From NCBI GenBank assembly GCA_963810935.1, contig CAWEPK010000012.1, positions 384,001 to 448,000 on the forward strand: a DNA stretch of 64,000 nt. The letters run 5' to 3'. Positions 58,442 to 64,000 of this stretch are shown here, in pieces. The position numbers and the translations under genes were made by a program. The notes beneath the pieces were generated by a model. It had not been told where the DNA came from and did no database searches. It saw nothing but the letters and a program-made list of their open reading frames with translations. How positions within the stretch are numbered: position 1 is the first letter of the stretch; each line of letters begins with the position of its first letter. The stretch is from an uncultured delta proteobacterium. Its GTDB lineage: Bacteria > Desulfobacterota > Syntrophorhabdia > Syntrophorhabdales > WCHB1-27.

Positions 58442-59065
58442 TTGTTTAAAGTGTCTAATAAGATAAATGAAGCCGGGCCTGCTGACGAGGACTTGGAGTT
58501 GGTCGCGGCTTGCCGGAAAGGTGACGTCGAGGCGTTTGGGGTGCTTGTCGCCAGGTACCAGAAGAAGGCCTTCAATATCGTTTTCCGGATGCTGGGAGAC
58601 TATGAAGACGCTGCGGACGTGGTGCAGGAGGCGTTCCTGTCGGCATTCAGGTCGATAAAGAAATTTCGGGGAGACGCCAGGTTCTCGACTTGGCTTTACA
58701 GCATCTGCGTCAACCAGGCGAGGAACCGCATGACCCAGGCGCGCAGCAGGTCGCGTCACGAGGGGCCGTCTTTGGACGAGCCCGTGAGGATTGCGGACGG
58801 CCTTTCCATCGTCGAGCCTGCGGGCGACGACCCGCCCGCCGACGAACAGGTCCGCACCAGGGACTTGCGGGCCGCGCTGCAGGAGTGCATCGGCCGCCTC
58901 GAAAGGGAGCAAAGGGAAGTGCTCGTACTGCGCGACATACACGAATTTTCTTACGAAGAAATAAGTGATATCCTTAACATACCCAACGGCACGGTGAAAT
59001 CGAGGCTCTTCAGGGCTCGCGACGCCCTGCGGGCCGCACTTAAGGACAGGGTCGGAGATTTATGA
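58442..59065 (+). CDS. ECF RNA polymerase sigma factor
   Basis: DVVQEAFL, FSTWLY.I, SYEEIS, GTVKSRLFRAR. Confidence 0.93.
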   Translation: MFKVSNKINEAGPADEDLELVAACRKGDVEAFGVLVARYQKKAFNIVFRMLGDYEDAADVVQEAFLSAFRSIKKFRGDARFSTWLYSICVNQARNRMTQARSRSRHEGPSLDEPVRIADGLSIVEPAGDDPPADEQVRTRDLRAALQECIGRLEREQREVLVLRDIHEFSYEEISDILNIPNGTVKSRLFRARDALRAALKDRVGDL

Positions 59066-60024
59066 GTTTGTGCAAAGAGATAAAGCCGCTCTTGCCCGCG
59101 TACGCGGACGGGGAGCTTTCGGCAAACGACGCGAAGCTCGTCGCGGACCACGCCGCAGCATGCGCGGCCTGCCGCGCGGAGCTGGCCGCTTATCGGAAGA
59201 CGCACGCCCTGCTGGCCGGCCTCGACGAAGTTGAGCCGCCTGCCTGGCTTGCCGATAAAATCATGGCCCACGTGCGGGATGAGGCAAGCAAAGAGCCGGG
59301 GCTTCTCAGGCGGATTTTCTATCCCCTTCATGTCAAGATACCCATTCCGGCCATAGCGACGGTATTCGTCGTCTGTCTCATCTTCTATCTCCAGAAAGGC
59401 GCCGCTCCCCCTTATGAGACGACGCCCGTCCTGCCGCCCGGCCATGCGGTGTATGAAAAAGCAAAGCAATCGCCGAAGGCTGCGAAGATGCGGGCGCCGG
59501 TCCCTGACACTGCGGCCTCAGAAAAGTCTCTCCCGGCTGCTCCCCCCGCGCCATCGTTTGCGCCCGCGCCCCAGGCGGCCCCGGCCCCGGCGGCTTTGCC
59601 CCCGCCCCGGGCAGCCGCGCCCATGGCAGCGCGGGCTTTTGAGGCTCCCGCTCCAGAGTCCGCCGTGAGACTGAGAGCGGAGGTGGAGGCGAAGGAGGGG
59701 GCGCACAGGTCGCTGGCAGCAAAAAAGGCAGCCGGGCAAGCCGCCCCTGCCTCGGTTGACGTTACGCTGCGCGCGGACGATTTGAAATCCGCGGCCGGGG
59801 AGGTGGAAAGCCTCCTGCACGAGACAGGCGCGCAGAACGTCCGGAGGAAGTCCGAGGAAGGCTCCGAGTCGGTCACAGGAGAGATCCAGCGTGAAGAGGT
59901 TGCCGCCTTTGTGGAAAAGCTGGACGACATCGGCGACGCAAAAGCAACGCAGCCCGCCGCCCCCGCAGCAAGCGTTCCCATCAGGGTCAAGGTAGTCCCC
60001 GTCTTTCCCGCGAAATTAAAATAA
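59062..60024 (+). CDS. Anti-sigma factor (zf-HC2, TM, Pro/Ala-rich periplasmic part)
   Basis: C..Y.DGEL..H...C..C; ATGA overlap with the sigma gene. Confidence 0.85.
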   Translation: MSLCKEIKPLLPAYADGELSANDAKLVADHAAACAACRAELAAYRKTHALLAGLDEVEPPAWLADKIMAHVRDEASKEPGLLRRIFYPLHVKIPIPAIATVFVVCLIFYLQKGAAPPYETTPVLPPGHAVYEKAKQSPKAAKMRAPVPDTAASEKSLPAAPPAPSFAPAPQAAPAPAALPPPRAAAPMAARAFEAPAPESAVRLRAEVEAKEGAHRSLAAKKAAGQAAPASVDVTLRADDLKSAAGEVESLLHETGAQNVRRKSEEGSESVTGEIQREEVAAFVEKLDDIGDAKATQPAAPAASVPIRVKVVPVFPAKLK

Positions 60025-60127
60025 GGCTGCGTCATCGTAAGTAATTGACGCGCGGCGGAGAGATGGTATATATAATGAGGCAGCAACCAGGTCACTACAT
60101 AACAGGGGCGGCAACGGATGAATTCTG

Positions 60128-61468
60128 ATGCTTAAAGTCCTGCTCTCTATCAAGAAATCCCGCGACGATATCATCGACCTTTTGAAAGGCCATAGTGTAG
60201 ACGTTGACGACGGTGCAACGCCCCTTCCCCGGAAGATTGCATCGGGCAGCTACCACGCGGTGATCCTCGATGGAGCGCCGTCCGACGTAGCGGCCGTCAA
60301 GGCTGCGGACCCGAGGGCCGAGGTGCTCCTGGTCGGCGGCGACCCCACAGAGAGCGTCGAAGCGATACGGATGGGCGCCTGGGCGCACTTCCCCCTGCCC
60401 CTCGACCTTGTCCGCCTCGAAGGAACCATTGGCGACATTGCAGCCCTGTTCGATATGCGCGTCGAGACCGCGCGCCTCGAAAGGCAGCTCGATTCGCAGT
60501 ACGTCTTTGCGGGGATCGTCGCGCGGAACCCGAAGATGCTGGAGGTCTTCTCTTTCATCAGGCGCGTCGCACCTTACTTTACGATTATCACGATCACGGG
60601 CGAGACGGGCACCGGCAAGGAAGTGGTGGCAAAAGCCATCCACGCGCTCTCCCCGAAGCCCGGCGAGCCGATGCTCGTCTGCAACTGCGGCGGCTTCGTT
60701 GAGACGCTTATCGGGTCGGAGCTGTTCGGCCACAAGCAGGGGTCGTTCACGGGCGCGGTCAAGGACAAGGTAGGGCTTTTCGAGGCGGCGGGCGAAGGCA
60801 CGCTCTTCCTCGACGAGATCGGGGAGATGCCGCTTTCCTTCCAGCCCCACATGCTGAGGGTGCTGCAGAACGGCGAGTTCAGGCCGATAGGCGCAAACAG
60901 GCCGCTCACCTCGCGCTGCCGGGTCATCACGGCTACGAGCAAAGACCTCGCCGCAGAGGTGAAGAACGGCACGTTCAGGGAAGACCTCTTTTACAGGATC
61001 ACCCGCCTCGTGATAAACGTCCCGCCACTGCGCGAGCGCAAAGACGACATACCGCTTTTGTCGCGATATCTCCTCAACAAATCGAACGCATCGACCGGCA
61101 AAAACATCCTCGGCATTGCGCGCTCCGCGCAGGCCGCCATGATCGCGCACGACTGGCCCGGAAACGTCCGCGAGCTGGAAAACGTGATCGAGCAGGCGGC
61201 GATCCTCGCAACCGAGCCGTTCATAAAACTGGAGCACCTCCCGCATTACCTCCAGGGGCCGCTGCCCAGCCGCCCCGTTTCCGGCGCGGGCCGCATGGAG
61301 GACGTTATCGCGAGCCACCTCGAAGCAACGCTTTCCGCCTGCAAGGGGAACAAGAGCGAAGCGGCAAGGCGGCTCGGCCTCACGCGGCGCGCGCTCCTGC
61401 GCTGGATAGAGAAATATTCGAAAGCCGCCCCCGGCCGCAAGTCCGGGCGCGCGCCAACCGAGCATTAG
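60128..61468 (+). CDS. Sigma54-dependent transcriptional activator with atypical receiver-like N-terminus
   Basis: GETGTGKE, SELFGH, GSFTGA, FLDEIGE, FREDLFYR, WPGNVREL, Fis-type HTH. Confidence 0.92.
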   Translation: MLKVLLSIKKSRDDIIDLLKGHSVDVDDGATPLPRKIASGSYHAVILDGAPSDVAAVKAADPRAEVLLVGGDPTESVEAIRMGAWAHFPLPLDLVRLEGTIGDIAALFDMRVETARLERQLDSQYVFAGIVARNPKMLEVFSFIRRVAPYFTIITITGETGTGKEVVAKAIHALSPKPGEPMLVCNCGGFVETLIGSELFGHKQGSFTGAVKDKVGLFEAAGEGTLFLDEIGEMPLSFQPHMLRVLQNGEFRPIGANRPLTSRCRVITATSKDLAAEVKNGTFREDLFYRITRLVINVPPLRERKDDIPLLSRYLLNKSNASTGKNILGIARSAQAAMIAHDWPGNVRELENVIEQAAILATEPFIKLEHLPHYLQGPLPSRPVSGAGRMEDVIASHLEATLSACKGNKSEAARRLGLTRRALLRWIEKYSKAAPGRKSGRAPTEH

Positions 61469-61656
61469 CGCGCATTCCTTTATACCGATATCGTCCTAAA
61501 GAGGCCGTAAAGCAAAAGGCGGACACCGCCTTGCCCGGCGCGCTGACATCCCCTTCCCTGCCCCCACGCAAACCCAACAGCCCCACGGCTTAGAAGGCTA
61601 TCCGGCAGACGCCGTCTCCGCCTGTTGCAGGTGCATTTTGCGCACGTTTTTCGCCG

Positions 61657-61672
61657 TGGCATCCGTCTTGCT
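61657..61672 (+). promoter_or_regulatory. Sigma54 -24/-12 promoter upstream of flp
   Basis: TGGCAT-CCGTC-TTGCT, GG-N10-GC spacing. Confidence 0.75.
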
Positions 61673-61788
61673 CATATAGGCTCCATGACCGTTCTCATCG
61701 CCACCCTGATAAAGGCAATCATACGAAGTGGGATCATAAGGCGGGGCGAACAACGGGACTATTTCAAAATCCTATGAGGAGGAAGAGC

Positions 61789-61959
61789 ATGGAAATGATC
61801 AAGAGGTTCCTGAAAGACGAAGAGGGCGTATCGGCAATCGAGTATGGCCTTATCGCAGCGCTCATCGCGGTCGCCATAGTGACTGCGGTCGGGCTCGTAG
61901 GCACGAACCTGACGGGCGTCTTCAACACCGTGGCCGGCAAGCTGACGCAGGCCGGCTAA
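61789..61959 (+). CDS. flp: Flp/Fap type IVb pilin
   Basis: RFLKDEEG|VSAIEYGLIAALIA; RBS GAGGAGG. Confidence 0.95.
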   Translation: MEMIKRFLKDEEGVSAIEYGLIAALIAVAIVTAVGLVGTNLTGVFNTVAGKLTQAG

Positions 61960-62120
61960 GAAAACGAAAAAGTGGAGGGCATCGTCCTGCGCACGCCCGG
62001 ATAAGCGCGCAACGGCGCAACTTTCGTAAGCCGGGGACAATGCCCTCCATGGAGGCCGCGAAGGACCGCCATCGGGGCTCCGCCTGCATCGCACCATGGA
62101 CATTGGGGGTGTCCGTTTAT

Positions 62121-62660
62121 ATGAACCCGATTTTTCTCCTTCTCGTCGCCATCCTGGTGGTCGGGGCATTATTCGACGTCCTGTGGCGGCGCATTCCTAA
62201 CTGGCTCACCCTGCCCGCCATTGCGGTCGGGCTTATGTACTACCTGTGGGGAAGCGGCCTCAGCGGACTCCTCTTCAGCGCAGGCGGCGTCGCGCTCGCC
62301 CTCGCTATCTGGGCCCCCTTCTACGTTATGGGCGGCATCGGCGCGGGAGACGTAAAACTGATGGCTGCGGTCGGGGCGCTTCTCGGGCCTGCTGGCCTTT
62401 TCCGCTCCGCCCTCTGCACTGCCATCGTAGGCGGGATTTATGCTGCGCTGGTCCTTGCTGCGAGCCGGCCAGGACGGAAGGTTGCAGCCGAATACAGGAA
62501 GAGGGCAGGCGCGTTTCTGCACACCTTCGACCTCGCAGTCCTGCGCAGCAGCTCCGTAAAGAAAGGCCCCCTCCTCTATTACGGGGCGGCCATCGCCCTC
62601 GGCACACTGCTTTCTCTGCTCTGCAAAAGCCCCACATGTATGCTCGTAGGGAGAGGATAA
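62121..62660 (+). CDS. cpaA: Prepilin peptidase A24 (CpaA/TadV)
   Basis: D..RRIPNWLT, GAGDVKL, YGAAI. Confidence 0.9.
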   Translation: MNPIFLLLVAILVVGALFDVLWRRIPNWLTLPAIAVGLMYYLWGSGLSGLLFSAGGVALALAIWAPFYVMGGIGAGDVKLMAAVGALLGPAGLFRSALCTAIVGGIYAALVLAASRPGRKVAAEYRKRAGAFLHTFDLAVLRSSSVKKGPLLYYGAAIALGTLLSLLCKSPTCMLVGRG

Positions 62661-62664
62661 AGCG

Positions 62665-63555
62665 ATGGGAACGGGCAAAAGGGCAATAATGCTCGGCGCG
62701 GCAGTGATGATCGCGCTTCTGGCCAGCCTCTTCGCCTACAGCCGGCTGGAAAAACGGTCGCACGTCCGCATCCAGGCGGGCCAGACGCAGCAGGCGGTCG
62801 TCGCTGCGGCCGACCTGCCGTGGGGTACGGTCATAACCAAAGAGATGGTGAAAGTCTCGCCGTTTTTGAAAAAGAGCCTGTCCGCCGGCGCCTTCGCCGA
62901 CGCGGCCGCAGTCGAGGGCAGGACGCTTATCAACGCTGTAAAGGCGGGCGAGCTTGTGCTGGAGTCGCGCCTTGCCCCCACGACCTCGCTGGGGGGCGGC
63001 GTCGCAGCCATCATCACTCCGAAGAAGCGCGCAATGGCCGTCCACGTGGACAAGGTGGTCGGCGTATCGGGCTTCGTCCGTCCCGGCCACCGGGTCGATG
63101 TCCTAGTGACGCTTTCCCAGGTGGGCGAGTACAGGAAGCCGATGACGAAGATAGTCCTCGAGAACGTGCTGGTCCTTGCAGCAGGCACGGACCTCGAGAA
63201 GGGGGGGAAGCAGGACAAGCCCTCGCAGGTGGACGTCATCACATTGGAGGTGACGCCCGAAGAGGGTGAGAAGCTCGCCCTCGCGTCCACTGAAGGGAAG
63301 CTGCAGCTCGCCCTGCGCAATGCCGCGGACAATGACGACGTCATCACCAGGGGCAGCACGTTCCCTGCCCTCCTCGCCTCTTACGGCACAGGCGCGATAG
63401 CAACAGACCAGCCCGGCCGCCCCGCAGCGCAGAAGGCGCAAAAGGCGCCCGCAGTGCGCCGCGCGCCCCAGGGCCTTGGCGGGCGCCCGCCCTTTGCGGT
63501 CGAGATGGTAAAGGGCACTGTCCTCAGCTCTGTGAAATTCAACGAGGGGGAGTGA
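62665..63555 (+). CDS. cpaB: Flp pilus assembly protein CpaB/RcpC
   Basis: SAF domain, RAMAV, GVSGFVRPGHRVDV, LQLALRN. Confidence 0.92.
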   Translation: MGTGKRAIMLGAAVMIALLASLFAYSRLEKRSHVRIQAGQTQQAVVAAADLPWGTVITKEMVKVSPFLKKSLSAGAFADAAAVEGRTLINAVKAGELVLESRLAPTTSLGGGVAAIITPKKRAMAVHVDKVVGVSGFVRPGHRVDVLVTLSQVGEYRKPMTKIVLENVLVLAAGTDLEKGGKQDKPSQVDVITLEVTPEEGEKLALASTEGKLQLALRNAADNDDVITRGSTFPALLASYGTGAIATDQPGRPAAQKAQKAPAVRRAPQGLGGRPPFAVEMVKGTVLSSVKFNEGE

Positions 63556-63560
63556 GACCC

Positions 63561-64000
63561 GTGAAGCGAAGGATCAGGACTATCGCAATATGCGCAACGG
63601 CTGCCGTTCTCGGAACCGCGATAACCTTCCTTGCCTGCATGGGCTCTGCCCTGGCAGCACCATCCGACGCCCGCATCAACGGCGTGCAGTCCCGGAAGAT
63701 TGCGATCCCGGCAGGCAAATCGCTTGTCATCGAGATGCCCGCGTCTATGAAGCGGGTCTCCGTGGCGGCCCCGAACATCGCGGACGCCCTTATCCTGACT
63801 CCGCGCCAGATCTACGTCACCGGCAGGATGCCCGGCGTGACGAACCTGACGGTCTGGGACAGCCGCGACGAGGTATCGACAGTCTTTGATATCGACGTAT
63901 CGCCCGACGTCGGCAGGCTCAAGGCGAAGCTCCATGAGATGTTCCCCGACGAGGCGTCCATAGGCGTGACCTCGACGAACGACGGCATATCCCTGACTGG
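63561..64000 (+). CDS. cpaC: Tad secretin CpaC/RcpA, runs off the right edge
   Basis: Manual translation from GTG 63561: signal peptide, GKSLVI..KRVSVA.P.IADA..YVTG..G.TNLTVWD. Confidence 0.85.
   Translation, partial: MKRRIRTIAICATAAVLGTAITFLACMGSALAAPSDARINGVQSRKIAIPAGKSLVIEMPASMKRVSVAAPNIADALILTPRQIYVTGRMPGVTNLTVWDSRDEVSTVFDIDVSPDVGRLKAKLHEMFPDEASIGVTSTNDGISLT

Noticed and set aside
1..64000. CRISPR array or cas genes
   Set aside because: No regularly spaced direct repeats and no Cas motifs; the repeats found are dispersed palindromes

Overview
Chromosomal segment of a GC-rich anaerobic bacterium, probably Desulfobacterota (inferred from gene content: DUF39 homocysteine enzyme, DUF4911, VPLPA-CTERM protein, GEMM riboswitch, MetF-MetV fusion). 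Core blocks are a branched-chain amino acid ABC transporter end, dapL, a ppiD-tsaD-rsmA-dehydratase-DUF4911-tldD run, mreBCD-mrdA-rodA, glutaredoxin/thioredoxin reductase, phosphomannomutase, nagA, feoAB, tRNA-Val, an ECF sigma/anti-sigma pair and the start of a sigma54-driven Tad/Flp pilus locus. AT-richer accessory islets lie between them. The most striking item is a complete 3,192-bp IS1-family element (36148-39339) with perfect 18-bp terminal inverted repeats and an 8-bp target duplication. Its cargo is a small basic protein, a RosmerTA-like toxin/HTH-metallopeptidase pair and a tRNA-like RNA with a broken anticodon stem. Other notable items are a five-copy ~125-bp palindromic repeat family sitting at core/accessory junctions, a solitary attC-like site on a DUF2971 gene next to a nuclease-TPR gene, a GT2/DedA/GT-C-like glycosylation islet, a GEMM riboswitch, a duplicated sigma-factor 5' end and six toxin-antitoxin loci. 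Many genes carry single-base frameshifts, probably sequencing errors. Family assignments come from motif recognition; no database searches were run.
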